Assembly: GCA_964016885.1 (NCBI GenBank) | Contig: CAXHJY010000975.1 | Location: 1 to 46,533 of the forward strand | From: Eledone cirrhosa | Lineage: Eukaryota | Length of the DNA: 46,533 nucleotides | Reading direction: 5' to 3' | Shown: piece by piece, positions 1-14,466 of the stretch | Numbering within the stretch: the first letter of the stretch is position 1 | How the letters are laid out: every line of letters begins with the position of its first letter | Position numbers and translations under genes: made by a program | The notes under the pieces: generated by a model | What the model was told of the DNA's origin: nothing | The model's input: the letters and a program-made list of their open reading frames with translations, nothing else | Database searches by the model: none

Positions 1-989
1 GGCCCAGGCCATGTCTAACTTAATAGCACACCTGGCGAAGTCTTTCAATTCAGGATTTGGGCACCATGGCCATTCGAGAAGAGAATTACTGTTTGCGGAG
101 ACATATCCGGGTGTGGGTGGTTTGTCCGGGATTACTTGGAGGAATTTGTCCAAAGTCTTCTTGAATTTTGTGTGGTCAGTTTCTGTTTTGACGTGTCCTG
201 GTGTGATGTTGAAGAGAGCAGGGCCGATTGAGGTGAAATAATTGTGCCGTATTGTTGTTATGAGTTGCGATTTAGATTTTTGAATGGGACGGATAGCACG
301 GGGCCCAAGCCTTGGGTGTATCTTGAAGGCGATGCCAACATCATTTGGGCAGTGATGATGGAACATTTTCCACATCATGCAGATAATATAACGCTCACGG
401 CGACGTTGGAGTAAGTAAAGTTTCAGGTTTTCTAATCGACCTCAGTAGTCAAGGTCTGACATGCCATCTATCTTTTTCGTGATTGCCCTTTGAGGAGCTT
501 CAAGTTTCATGATACTTTGTTTCGTGTGGGGAGACCACAGTGGACAACAGTATTCAAGGTGTGTCGGGCAAAAGTAGAGAAGAGAAGGATAATGGTGCGG
601 AATCTCTCGACTGGAAGGTTCTGAGGATCCAGGAACACATTCTGCGGGCCATGTCAACTTTGCTGCTTATATGCGTGGTCCAGATTATGTTGCTGTCCAC
701 GGTTACTCCCAAGTCTCTGATGTTGTTGGATGCCACGAGAGTTTCCCCGGAGGAAGGGAGTACGGGAGTTTCAGAGCATCCTCTTTCACAAAGTGGATCA
801 GTTCGAATTTGTCTTCGTTCAGTAACATGTTGTTCTTTTCCGCCCATTGGGTAACAGCCAGTAGGTCTGACTGAAGGCTTATCCGGTCATCCACGCATTG
901 ATGACCTTTTGGAGCTTTGAATCATCAGCGAAAATTTTAATGTTGCTGTGTTTGATGATGTCAGTGATGTCATTAATATAGATGATGAA
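1..989 (-). mobile_element. 5'-truncated CR1-type LINE copy (3' part of RT ORF2 and 3' UTR; runs off the window edge)
   Basis: Near-identical to 34626-35620; encodes [22 protein letters not shown] and LQRRRER fragments broken by several small indels; stops at GATGATGAA (989) and joins (TA)n. Confidence 0.93.
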
Positions 990-1096
990 ATACATATATA
1001 TATATATACATATATATATAACATATATAATACATATATATACATATATATACATATATATATATAATACATATATATATATATACATATATATAC

Positions 1097-1127
<31 letters not shown>

Positions 1128-1270
1128 ACATATATATACATATATATATATATACATATATACATATATATATATATACAATATATATATACATATATAT
1201 ATATATACATATATATACATATAATATATATACTATATATATACATATATATATATATACATATATATAC

Positions 1271-1301
<31 letters not shown>

Positions 1302-1417
1302 CATATATAATACATATATATATATATATATACATATATATACATTATATATATATATACATATATATACATATATATATATACATATATATATATACAT
1401 ATATAATATATATATAC

Positions 1418-1448
<31 letters not shown>

Positions 1449-1460
1449 AATATATATACA

Positions 1461-1510
<50 letters not shown>

Positions 1511-1648
1511 CATATATATATACATATATATATATATACATATAATATATATATACATATATATATACATATATATATACATATATATATATATACATAT
1601 ATATATACATATATATATACATATATATATATACATATATATATACAT

Positions 1649-1703
<55 letters not shown>

Positions 1704-1741
1704 CATATATATACATATATATATACATATATATATAATAC

Positions 1742-1773
<32 letters not shown>

Positions 1774-2053
1774 TACATATATATATATATATACATATAT
1801 ATACATATATATACATAATATATATACATATATATATACATTATATATATACATATATATATACATATTATATATATACATATATATACATATATATATA
1901 CATATATATATATATACATATATATACAAATATATATACATATATATATATACATATATATACATATATATACATATATATATATACAATATATACATAT
2001 AAATATAACACAATATATATATATATATACATATAATATACATATATATATAC

Positions 2054-2084
<31 letters not shown>

Positions 2085-2750
2085 CTATATATAATATATA
2101 CATATATATACATATATATATACATATATATAATATATATACATATATATACATATATATACACATATATATATATACATATATATACATATATATATAT
2201 ATATACACATATATATATACATATATATACATATATATATATATATACACATATATATATATATATACATATATATACATATATATATATACATATATAT
2301 ATATACATATATATATACATATATATATATACATATATATATATATACATAATATATAACACATATACATATATATATACAAATATATATACACAATATA
2401 TATACATATATATATTCACATATATATATACACATATATATATACACATATATATATACACATATATATCTATATATACATATATATATACATATATATA
2501 TATATATACATATATATATACATATATATATATATATACATATATATATACTATACATAATATATATATACATATACATATATACATATATATATATATA
2601 CATATACATATATATATATACATATACATATATATATATACATATATATATATACATATATATATATACATATACATATATATATAATACATATATATAT
2701 ATACATATATACATATATATATATATACATATATATATATACATATATAC

Positions 2751-2781
<31 letters not shown>

Positions 2782-2826
2782 CATATATACATATATTACA
2801 TATATATAATAAATATACATATATAC

Positions 2827-2861
<35 letters not shown>

Positions 2862-2873
2862 CATAATATATAC

Positions 2874-2904
<31 letters not shown>

Positions 2905-2905
2905 C

Positions 2906-2936
<31 letters not shown>

Positions 2937-2962
2937 CATATATACATATATATAATATATAC

Positions 2963-3009
<47 letters not shown>

Positions 3010-3757
3010 CATATATATATATACATATATATATAATACATATAATATATATACATATATATATACATATATACATATATATATATATAACATATATATA
3101 CATATATATATACATTAATATACATATATATATATATACATATTATATATACATATATATTATATATATATACATATATATATATACATATACATAATAT
3201 ATATATACTTATACATATATATATATACATACATATATATACATATACATATATATATAATACATATACATATATATATATAAATATACATATAATATAT
3301 ACATATATATACATATACATATATATACATATACATATATATATACATATATATACATATATAATATACATATATATATATATATACATATATATACATA
3401 TATATATATACATATACATATATATATATACATATATATATATACATATATATATATATACATATATATACATATATATATATATACATATATATATATA
3501 CATATACATATATATACTATATACATATATAATATACATATATATACATATACATATATATATATACATATATATATATACATATACATATATATATATA
3601 CATATATATATATATACATATATATATATACATATACATATATATATATTACATATATATATATACATATACTATATATATATATACATATATAAATATA
3701 CATATATATAATTAACATAGACATATATATATATACATATATATATAATACATATAC

Positions 3758-3808
<51 letters not shown>

Positions 3809-4093
3809 ATACATATATATACATATATATATATATACATATATATACATATATATATATACATATATATACATATATATATATATACATATATATACTA
3901 TATATATATATACTATATATACATATATATATATATACATATATATATACATATATATTATATACATATATATATATACATATATATATATACATATATA
4001 TATATACATATATATACATATACATATATATATATACATATATATATACATATATATATATATATACATATATACATATATATATCTATATAC

Positions 4094-4152
<59 letters not shown>

Positions 4153-4157
4153 CATAT
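990..4157. repeat. Interrupted (TA)n/(TACA) microsatellite
   Basis: TA runs with mostly CA interruptions on the + strand; the I/Y-rich ORFs here are artefacts of the repeat. Confidence 0.98.
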
Positions 4158-4201
4158 ATATAATAAATAAATAACAAAGAACGCTTATAGCATATGCATA
4201 T

Positions 4202-4260
4202 CTTTACTTGCTAACATTGTTTCATCCACACTATAAGTGGGGACTCATCAGAGCATAAAG
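4202..4260 (-). ncRNA. Minimal type I hammerhead ribozyme (PLE unit 1)
   Basis: Reverse complement of the motif at 23975-24032, with one extra C in stem II. Confidence 0.88.
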
Positions 4261-4863
4261 GTTAAATTACATACCATACAAGCAATAACAAATCCAAGAC
4301 ATTGAAGAATGAAAGGTAATAATAGACTATAGAGGATAAGAATAAAAAGTAAATAAAAATAAAAGTGAAAATAAAAATAAAAATAAAAATAAAATGAAAA
4401 TAAGGGGTGCTATCTGTCACAATTGGGCGGTGTGCTGTCAACATATAGTTACATACAAGCATACACATGGATAAGAGAACAGACAAGAGTAGACACATGG
4501 ATAAGAGAACAGACAAGAGTAGATAAGATAATGGGATTAGGTAAGAGTAGGTAAAAAATAGGTAAAAAAATAGGTAAAAAATAGGTAAAAAATAGGTAAA
4601 AAACAGACTTATAATATATATAAAAAGAAATACAAAGAAATACATAACAAACTTACATATAAAATATAAAATATAGGGTAAGGAATGAGATAAAATAATA
4701 TACAATTAAAAATTAAAAAATTATATACATAGAACATAATATAGTATAATCGTAAAATAAGATAAAATAAGGTAAACTAAAATCAAATAACAAAGACTAA
4801 ATTAAAATTAAAATCAAATGTGTAATTATAATTATATGTATAATTAAATGTAATTAAATGTAA

Positions 4864-4903
<40 letters not shown>

Positions 4904-5133
4904 AAAAATATAAAAATAATAAAATAAATAAAAATTAAAAATTAAAAATTAAAAATTAAATAAATAAATAAAATTTAAATTTAAATTTAAAATTTTAAAA
5001 TTAAAATCCAAATTTAAATATAAATAAATAAATAAATAAATAAATGGAGTCAAGTAAGTAAATAAATAAAATTAGATAACATGAAATGAAATAAAATAAA
5101 ATGAAATAAAATGAAATAAAGTAAATTGAATAT

Positions 5134-5481
5134 ATCAGGGGCCCACGAAGGCACTAAATGTCACAGTTATGTGTATCACTTGACCAATTCTTCAAAATAC
5201 ATTTCCTGAAAACATCAGGGGCCCACGAAGGCACTAAGTGTCACAGTCACCAGTATCACTTGACCATTGCAAGGCAATGGAGGCGACCCAGGTTGGGCAG
5301 TCACGAAAGTTCACTCGAAAGTCATGGGTGTACATTCACACAGTTGAGCGGTGGGGTAATCACAAACGGTTCACACACCAATTTTTAAAAAAATATATAT
5401 TTCTTGAGAACATCAGGGGCCCACGAAGGCGCTAAGTGTCACAGTCACCAGTATCACTCGAGCGGTGGGGTAATCACAAAC
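5134..5481. repeat. Three ~45-bp modules (ATCAGGGGCCCACGAAGGC-CTAA-TGTCACAG...TATCACT) plus two GAGCGGTGGGGTAATCACAAAC in the PLE non-coding region
   Basis: Modules start near 5134, 5215 and 5412; the same block recurs in every unit (near 10237, 15331, 20440) and inverted at 22750-23100. Confidence 0.85.
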
Positions 5482-6611
5482 CGGTTCAACACAGGCAGGA
5501 GTCAAATGGTCAGAAAGGTGCATCAAAAGAGTTAGAAGAATTCACATGCAAGCGTTAGGTTAAAGCAGGCAGGTACAGTTGTAGCGCATGCAAAATACAA
5601 AATATAAAAGCCATTAAGTCACCGCGTTGGGACATCACAAGATTATACACATCAATATGTTCAGTACGTATATGCACGTACACACATCATATGCACATGC
5701 AGAGACGGTATACATATATATATATATATATTTTTTAATATATATACACACAGACACATATAACCACCTACACCCATACACATATAAATGTATACACGGG
5801 CACACACGCACACACGCACAGAGCGTAGGATACCCGGGTTAAAGTCGATATTAAATACGATATTAAATACAATATTAAATATTAAACACCGAAATACCAC
5901 ATTAGATCAGACCCACCACCACAGGTAATATATTCAAACAAATACATACGATGAGATGTATTAAATACAGTTGAAATCCTACGGAGATATTCATGTCTGC
6001 ACGTGCCATTGACCGATTCGAGTGTACACAGACCGTTAGTAACTACGGAGGGCCATCGGGGCCAAAACGTTACTTTCGGGATCATAAAAACGACCGTCAA
6101 TATAAGGAAGGCCGATCGTGCTAGAAAGACTACAACCCCGGGTAAGAGTTCCCAGAGGTCAGCCTATAGATCTTGAACCACAGAATATGAGGGCAACACA
6201 TATATGCGCCGCATATCCACTGCTTACGGCAGGATGGCTCGGGTCCGTCACAGTTACAGGCTAAATTTCTACTAGTGCAGCCTAAATCACAGTATAACGC
6301 TTTACATAAATACATTACATCACAACTCATGCGCATACAGAGGTACAAATCAACAAGATATACGTCAGGATAGGTCCACCAATGCACTAATGGTGGGTAG
6401 GCCAGCGTGGATGGGTTACATCCACTGTACCAAACAGGGGTGCTTATTAACATACACTCCCCTGCACACCCCAATATCAAGATCAATATCCTCCCACAGG
6501 CATACGTATACATTCACAGACTCGTATACATAGACGACCAATATTAGGAGACAGTTACACACAGTCAGAGACAGTTACACAAGACAGCCCAACTGGAGGA
6601 ATAAGGACGTG

Positions 6612-9099
6612 CTAGCTAACAGGTTTAAAGTAGAAGAAAGAGCTTAATATTCGGTGGGGGCAAGAGAAAAAATTTCAGACTTTCTATTTAGTAGAGGGCA
6701 TTTAGCAAATATAATAGAGTGGGATTCGGCAAGGCACAGGTTGCATACTCTACTATGAGGAGTATATGGATGGGACTTAGCAACCTGCCGCCAAGTAAGT
6801 GTGTAGGGTGTCCGTGCATTTTTTAAATTATGGACGCACGCTGCCAAGGAGGTGGAGTTCTTCAGTTTATTATGTCTAAAAGTGCATTGATGAGAGTTAA
6901 ACCTGGTCTTAAAGGGGGTGGAAGTTGATCCTATATAGGTCATAGTGGACGCCGTAGTTACCACATCACACGCATAAACTATGTTTCTAACAAGGCAGAA
7001 ACCATTCAGGGGGCAGCCCAAAGCCCTTCTACAGTTACAACCTCTGGTGATGCTATTCTCAGAAAGATCACCACCAGTGTCACTGCCCACTCTATCCACT
7101 ACCGTGTTTTCCCCTAGGCTTAGGTTGTCCAGGCCTTCCTTTATTTTCTTATTATTAGTAATGGCCAGATGAGAGGCTAGATTTTGGGTTGTAGAATATG
7201 AAAGTTTAACAACATTCTTATTGAGGATAGAGTGGTACCTATTACCAGGAGGGAAGTTCCGTTCTAGCACAGAGAAGAAGGCCCTAGGAATATTTGTAGC
7301 CACTTCAGAATTAAAAGGGGGGTTGAAGTATGTATTCAATCTTCTTCTATTCTTTTTATTCTTTCTATTTCCATCAGTATTATTAGCATTATTATTTCTA
7401 CGGTTCCTATGCTCACCTAGTCCATGCGGGGAGCTGCGAGGCCCACCATTGCTGTTACTTATACCAATGGTGCCCTGCTGGTTCATTCCACCAGCATCTA
7501 GAAACCTCCCGTTCATGACACCCCTATTGTTATTACTTAGACTAATGGTGCCCTGCTGTTTCATTCCACCGGCATTTAGAACCCTCCGATTCGCGACACC
7601 TCGATTACCAATGGACATATTATGTGTTATAACAACACTGGTAGAGCCACTATTACGACCATTATTTCCCTGGGTGTAATACAATTTGTCCCTAAAGCCG
7701 GATCTAGCTAAGGCGTCGTTATAGTAATCAGCCTGCGAGTCAAACGCCTCCTCACTATGTGAGAGTGAACTTATTCTATTAGATACGCCCTTCAGTATAC
7801 CGCTGATGACAGACCTAGGGTGGTTGGAGTAGTATTCACGTAAGTCAGCAATTCATTGGGCTTATGGTACGGTGTGTAACGTATGGTTATCCAGGTCCAG
7901 TGTAACATCTAGGAAGTTCACAGTTCTATCATTTACATCCATTGTAATGGATAGGTTAAAAGTTTTAAAAAATCTATGCAGCTTTTTCCTAATGCGCTCT
8001 ATATTATACTTACTAGTATCTATGGAGAGTAGGGCGTCATCTCGGTACAACCCACCCCTAAGGAAAGGGAAGTTACTATGCAGTTCATTGAGGAGGTATA
8101 GTCCAACCAAGTCAGTGACTTGAGCAGAGTCACTCGACCCCATAGTGATGTCAAAATTATCAGGTGTGTTTTTTCTCGTCCATAGATTATCCTCAAACAT
8201 GATAATGGTTTTACGTGCAGCGAGAACAATATCTATCTGTGGCCTAGTAATTGCTCCCCTCCGCATGGCTAGGATGAGAGCCTTATTGAGGATAATAGGA
8301 GATATAGATGTATAATAAGCATCAATATCAAATTGGATGAATTTTAGTGAGTCACGACCACAATCAGTAGAGAACCATGTAATGACCTCACTAGTGTTAC
8401 CCCAAAGCTCAAGGAAAGTTTTTTCTCTAACCAGGGGAATAACGCTATCCAAGATTCCCTTACTAATAATCCCCAGGTCAGACTTGGAGGGGCAGATAAG
8501 CCTAACCGAGGGTCTGCTAATAAAATCTTCCTTGTGGTCCTTGAGGGTGAATCTAGGCTGCCTGGGGTAATAAGGCTGAGTGTGTTTATCCAGACCTAAT
8601 TTTATCACTATGTTATACCCCTCCAGATTAATATTATCTAAATTACTCTGCGTTGTTTTTTTGTAGTTCCTATGTAGTTCATTATAAATGAAGCCTCGAT
8701 AGGTTTTATAATCCATACTATATAAGTTTTTAGTTTTGTCAGAGGGGACCAGAATGGATTTATTATCCTTAAAGTCCCTAACGATTGAACTTAGTTTACT
8801 CTGAAATTTATTGGTACGTCTAGATTTTTTATATCTAATATTCCTAACAAGGGATAATAGCTCACTTTCGAAGTTATCCAACAGGCTATTATGCGGGGGG
8901 CTCCTATAGGTCTTAAATCCATAATTATTAAAACTACGCCTCTCCTCAGGGCCATCATACCTCTTATCAAAGTGGAACGCACGCCACCGAACACGTTTTA
9001 CGAATGAGTTTATGCTAGTTATCAATGATTTCTCATACGAGATTTTAGGGGGGGGGGAATATTCTTCAAGGAAATGGGTAAGTATGTCTTTGTTAGCAT
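6612..9099 (-). pseudogene. PLE RT-GIY-YIG ORF, frameshifted copy (unit 1)
   Basis: Same sequence as 16808-19297 but split by single-base indels near 9050, 7880, 7833 and 6665; these could be sequencing errors. Confidence 0.85.
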
Positions 9100-9305
9100 A
9101 CTGCCTGATAATATACAAGGACGCAAATCCGCGTATATCAAAGTTTAAGCTCAACCAGTGGGAGCCGTATAGTATGCTAGGGAAAGGATCAGGGGTGTAT
9201 AACACTCCACTTATCCAGCAGGCAGTATGAGGTTAGCTCAATGTCTGAGGACAGAGCCGTAATATAATAAATAAATAACAAAGAACGCTTATAGCATATG
9301 CATAT

Positions 9306-9363
9306 CTTTACTTGCTAACATTGTTTCATCCACACTATAAGTGGGACTCATCAGAGCATAAAG
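9306..9363 (-). ncRNA. Minimal type I hammerhead ribozyme (PLE unit 2)
   Basis: Reverse complement of 23975-24032. Confidence 0.9.
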
Positions 9364-9960
9364 GTTAAATTACATACCATACAAGCAATAACAAATCCAA
9401 GACATTGAAGAATGAAAGGTAATAATAGACTATAGAGGATAAGAATAAAAAGTAAATAAAAATAAAAGTGAAAATAAAAATAAAAATAAAATGAAAATAA
9501 GGGGTGCTATCTGTCACAGTTGGGCGGTGTGCTGTCAACATATAGTTACATACAAGCATACACATGGATAAGAGAACAGACAAGAGTAGACACATGGATA
9601 AGAGAACAGACAAGAGTAGATAAGATAATGGGATTAGGTAAGAGTAGGTAAAAAATAGGTAAAAAAATAGGTAAAAAATAGGTAAAAAATAGGTAAAAAA
9701 CAGACTTATAATATATATAAAAAGAAATACAAAGAAATACATAACAAACTTACATATAAAATATAAAATATAGGGTAAGGAATGAGATAAAATAATATAC
9801 AATTAAAAATTAAAAAATTATATACATAGAACATAATATAGTATAATCGTAAAATAAGATAAAATAAGGTAAACTAAAATCAAATAACAAAGACTAAATT
9901 AAAATTAAAATCAAATGTGTAATTATAATTATATGTATAATTAAATGTAATTAAATGTAA

Positions 9961-9996
<36 letters not shown>

Positions 9997-10114
9997 AAAA
10001 ATATAAAAATAATAAAATAAATAAAAATTAAAAATTAAAAATTAAAAATTAAATAAATAAATAAAATTTAAATTTAAATTTTAAAATTTTAAAATTAAAA
10101 TCCAAATTTAAATA

Positions 10115-10145
<31 letters not shown>

Positions 10146-11712
10146 ATGGAGTCAAGTAAGTAAATAAATAAAATTAGATAACATGAAATGAAATAAAATA
10201 AAATGAAATAAAATGAAATAAAGTAAATTGAATATATCAGGGGCCCACGAAGGCACTAAATGTCACAGTTATGTGTATCACTTGACCAATTCTTCAAAAT
10301 ACATTTCCTGAAAACATCAGGGGCCCACGAAGGCACTAAGTGTCACAGTCACCAGTATCACTTGACCATTGCAAGGCAATGGAGGCGACCCAGGTTGGGC
10401 AGTCACGAAAGTTCACTCGAAAGTCATGGGTGTACATTCACACAGTTGAGCGGTGGGGTAATCACAAACGGTTCACACACCAATTTTTAAAAAAATATAT
10501 ATTTCTTGAGAACATCAGGGGCCCACGAAGGCGCTAAGTGTCACAGTCACCAGTATCACTCGAGCGGTGGGGTAATCACAAACCAGTTCAACACAGGCAG
10601 GAGTCAAATGGTCAGAAAGGTGCATCAAAAGAGTTAGAAGAATTCACATGCAAGCGTTAGGTTAAAGCAGGCAGGTACAGTTGTAGCGCATGCAAAATAC
10701 AAAATATAAAAGCCATTAAGTCACCGCGTTGGGACATCACAAGATTATACACATCAATATGTTCAGTACGTATATGCACGTACACACATCATATGCACAT
10801 GCAGAGACGGTATACATATATATATATATATATTTTTTAATATATATACACACAGACACATATAACCACCTACACCCATACACATATAAATGTATACACG
10901 GGCACACACGCACACACGCACAGAGCGTAGGATACCCGGGTTAAAGTCGATATTAAATACGATATTAAATACAATATTAAATATTAAACACCGAAATACC
11001 ACATTAGATCAGACCCACCACCACAGGTAATATATTCAAACAAATACATACGATGAGATGTATTAAATACAGTTGAAATCCTACGGAGATATTCATGTCT
11101 GCACGTGCCATTGACCGATTCGAGTGTACACAGACCGTTAGTAACTACGGAGGGCCATCGGGGCCAAAACGTTACTTTCGGGATCATAAAAACGACCGTC
11201 AATATAAGGAAGGCCGATCGTGCTAGAAAGACTACAACCCCGGGTAAGAGTTCCCAGAGGTCAGCCTATAGATCTTGAACCACAGAATATGAGGGCAACA
11301 CATATATGCGCCGCATATCCACTGCTTACGGCAGGATGGCTCGGGTCCGCCACAGTTACAGGCTAAATTTCTACTAGTGCAGCCTAAATCACAGTATACG
11401 CTTTACATAAATACATTACATCACAACTCATGCGCATACAGAGGTACAAATCAACAAGATATACGTCAGGATAGGTCCACCAATGCACTAATGGTGGGTA
11501 GGCCAGCGTGGATGGGTTACATCCACTGTACCAAACAGGGGTGCTTATTAACATACACTCCCCTGCACACCCCAATATCAAGATCAATATCCTCCCACAG
11601 GCATACGTATACATTCACAGACTCGTATACATAGACGACCAATATTAGGAGACAGTTACACACAGTCAGAGACAGTTACACAAGACAGCCCAACTGGAGG
11701 AATAAGGACGTG

Positions 11713-14202
11713 CTAGCTAACAGGTTTAAAGTAGAAGAAAGAGCTTAATATTCGGTGGGGGCAAGAGGAAAAAATTTCAGACTTTCTATTTAGTAGAGGG
11801 CATTTAGCAAATATAATAGAGTGGGATTCGGCAAGGCACAGGTTGCATACTCTACTATGAGGAGTATATGGATGGGACTTAGCAACCTGCCGCCAAGTAA
11901 GTGTGTAGGGTGTCCGTGCATTTTTTAAATTATGGACGCACGCTGCCAAGGAGGTGGAGTTCTTCAGTTTATTATGTCTAAAAGTGCATTGATGAGAGTT
12001 AAACCTGGTCTTAAAGGGGGTGGAAGTTGATCCTATATAGGTCATAGTGGACGCCGTAGTTACCACATCACACGCATAAACTATGTTTCTAACAAGGCAG
12101 AAACCATTCAGGGGGCAGCCCAAAGCCCTTCTACAGTTACAACCTCTGGTGATGCTATTCTCAGAAAGATCACCACCAGTGTCACTGCCCACTCTATCCA
12201 CTACCGTGTTTTCCCCTAGGCTTAGGTTGTCCAGGCCTTCCTTTATTTTCTTATTATTAGTAATGGCCAGATGAGAGGCTAGATTTTGGGTTGTAGAATA
12301 TGAAAGTTTAACAACATTCTTATTGAGGATAGAGTGGTACCTATTACCAGGAGGGAAGTTCCGTTCTAGCACAGAGAAGAAGGCCCTAGGAATATTTGTA
12401 GCCACTTCAGAATTAAAAGGGGGGTTGAAGTATGTATTCAATCTTCTTCTATTCTTTTTATTCTTTCTATTTCCATCAGTATTATTAGCATTATTATTTC
12501 TACGGTTCCTATGCTCACCTAGTCCATGCGGGGAGCTGCGAGGCCGGTTTGTGATTACCCCACCGCTCGAGTGATACTGGTGACTGTGACACTTAGCGCC
12601 TTCGTGGGCCCCTGATGTTCTCAAGAAATATATATTTTTTAAAAAATTGGTGTGTGAACCGTTTGTGATTACCCCACCGCTCAACTGTGTGAATGTACAC
12701 CCATGACTTTCGAGTGAACTTTCGTGACTGCCCAACCTGGGTCGCCTCCATTGCCTTGCAATGGTCAAGTGATACGTGTAATACAATTTGTCCCTAAAGC
12801 CGGATCTAGCTAAGGCGTCGTTATAGTAATCAGCCTGCGAGTCAAACGCCTCCTCACTATGTGAGAGTGAACTTATTCTATTAGATACGCCCTTCAGTAT
12901 ACCGCTGATGACAGACCTAGGGTGGTTGGAGTAGGTATTCACGTAAGTCAGCAATTCATTGGGCTTATGGTACGGTGTGTACGTATGGTTATCCAGGTCC
13001 AGTGTAACATCTAGGAAGTTCACAGTTCTATCATTTACATCCATTGTAATGGATAGGTTAAAAGTTTTAAAAAATCTATGCAGCTTTTTCCTAATGCGCT
13101 CTATATTATACTTACTAGTATCTATGGAGAGTAGGGCGTCATCTCGGTACAACCCACCCCTAAGGAAAGGGAAGTTACTATGCAGTTCATTGAGGAGGTA
13201 TAGTCCAACCAAGTCAGTGACTTGAGCAGAGTCACTCGACCCCATAGTGATGTCAAAATTATCAGGTGTGTTTTTTCTCGTCCATAGATTATCCTCAAAC
13301 ATGATAATGGTTTTACGTGCAGCGAGAACAATATCTATCTGTGGCCTAGTAATTGCTCCCCTCCGCATGGCTAGGATGAGGGCCTTATTGAGGATAATAG
13401 GAGATATAGATGTATAATAAGCATCAATATCAAATTGGATGAATTTTAGTGAGTCACGACCACAATCAGTAGAGAACCATGTAATGACCTCACTAGTGTT
13501 ACCCCAAAGCTCAAGGAAAGTTTTTTCTCTAACCAGGGGAATAACGCTATCCAAGATTCCCTTACTAATAATCCCCAGGTCAGACTTGGAGGGGCAGATA
13601 AGCCTAACCGAGGGTCTGCTAATAAAATCTTCCTTGTGGTCCTTGAGGGTGAATCTAGGCTGCCTGGGGTAATAAGGCTGAGTGTGTTTATCCAGACCTA
13701 ATTTTATCACTATGTTATACCCCTCCAGATTAATATTATCTAAATTACTCTGCGTTGTTTTTTTGTAGTTCCTATGTAGTTCATTATAAATGAAGCCTCG
13801 ATAGGTTTTATAATCCATACTATATAAGTTTTTAGTTTTGTCAGAGGGGACCAGAATGGATTTATTATCCTTAAAGTCCCTAACGATTGAACTTAGTTTA
13901 CTCTGAAATTTATTGGTACGTCTAGATTTTTTATATCTAATATTCCTAACAAGCGATAATAGCTCACTTTCGAAGTTATCCAACAGGCTATTATGCGGGG
14001 GGCTCCTATAGGTCTTAAATCCATAATTATTAAAACTACGCCTCTCCTCAGGGCCATCATACCTCTTATCAAAGTGGAACGCACGCCACCGAACACGTTT
14101 TACGAATGAGTTTATGCTAGTTATCAATGATTTCTCATACGAGATTTTAGGGGGGGTGGGAATATTCTTCAAGGAAATGGGTAAGTATGTCTTTGTTAGC
14201 AT
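11713..14202 (-). CDS. PLE reverse transcriptase-GIY-YIG endonuclease with substituted linker (unit 2)
   Basis: Uninterrupted frame; first ATG at 14202 (the track starts at a TTG, 14244). Matches unit 3 except 12546-12775. Confidence 0.85.
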   Translation of the reverse strand: MLTKTYLPISLKNIPTPPKISYEKSLITSINSFVKRVRWRAFHFDKRYDGPEERRSFNNYGFKTYRSPPHNSLLDNFESELLSLVRNIRYKKSRRTNKFQSKLSSIVRDFKDNKSILVPSDKTKNLYSMDYKTYRGFIYNELHRNYKKTTQSNLDNINLEGYNIVIKLGLDKHTQPYYPRQPRFTLKDHKEDFISRPSVRLICPSKSDLGIISKGILDSVIPLVREKTFLELWGNTSEVITWFSTDCGRDSLKFIQFDIDAYYTSISPIILNKALILAMRRGAITRPQIDIVLAARKTIIMFEDNLWTRKNTPDNFDITMGSSDSAQVTDLVGLYLLNELHSNFPFLRGGLYRDDALLSIDTSKYNIERIRKKLHRFFKTFNLSITMDVNDRTVNFLDVTLDLDNHTYTPYHKPNELLTYVNTYSNHPRSVISGILKGVSNRISSLSHSEEAFDSQADYYNDALARSGFRDKLYYTYHLTIARQWRRPRLGSHESSLESHGCTFTQLSGGVITNGSHTNFLKNIYFLRTSGAHEGAKCHSHQYHSSGGVITNRPRSSPHGLGEHRNRRNNNANNTDGNRKNKKNRRRLNTYFNPPFNSEVATNIPRAFFSVLERNFPPGNRYHSILNKNVVKLSYSTTQNLASHLAITNNKKIKEGLDNLSLGENTVVDRVGSDTGGDLSENSITRGCNCRRALGCPLNGFCLVRNIVYACDVVTTASTMTYIGSTSTPFKTRFNSHQCTFRHNKLKNSTSLAACVHNLKNARTPYTLTWRQVAKSHPYTPHSRVCNLCLAESHSIIFAKCPLLNRKSEIFSSCPHRILSSFFYFKPVS

Positions 14203-14408
14203 ACTGCCTAATAATATACAAGGACGCAAATCCGCGTATATCAAAGTTTAAGCTCAACCAGTGGGAGCCGTATAGTATGCTAGGGAAAGGATCAGGGGTG
14301 TATAACACTCCACTTATCCAGCAGGCAGTATGAGGTTAGCTCAATGTCTGAGGACAGAGCCGTAATATAATAAATAAATAACAAAGAACGCTTATAGCAT
14401 ATGCATAT

Positions 14409-14466
14409 CTTTACTTGCTAACATTGTTTCATCCACACTATAAGTGGGACTCATCAGAGCATAAAG
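14409..14466 (-). ncRNA. Minimal type I hammerhead ribozyme (PLE unit 3)
   Basis: Reverse complement of 23975-24032. Confidence 0.9.

Noticed and set aside
4262-4705. Hydrophobic 145-147 aa ORF in each PLE unit
   Set aside because: TTG start, T-rich low-complexity DNA with short tandem repeats; it recurs only because the unit is duplicated.
5134-5481. CRISPR-like repeats with spacers
   Set aside because: Uneven spacing (about 81 and 197 bp), inside a eukaryotic retroelement, no cas genes.
6981-8570. Plus-strand ORFs over the PLE ORF (and equivalents over the LINE)
   Set aside because: Antisense shadows of real coding frames, with no motifs.
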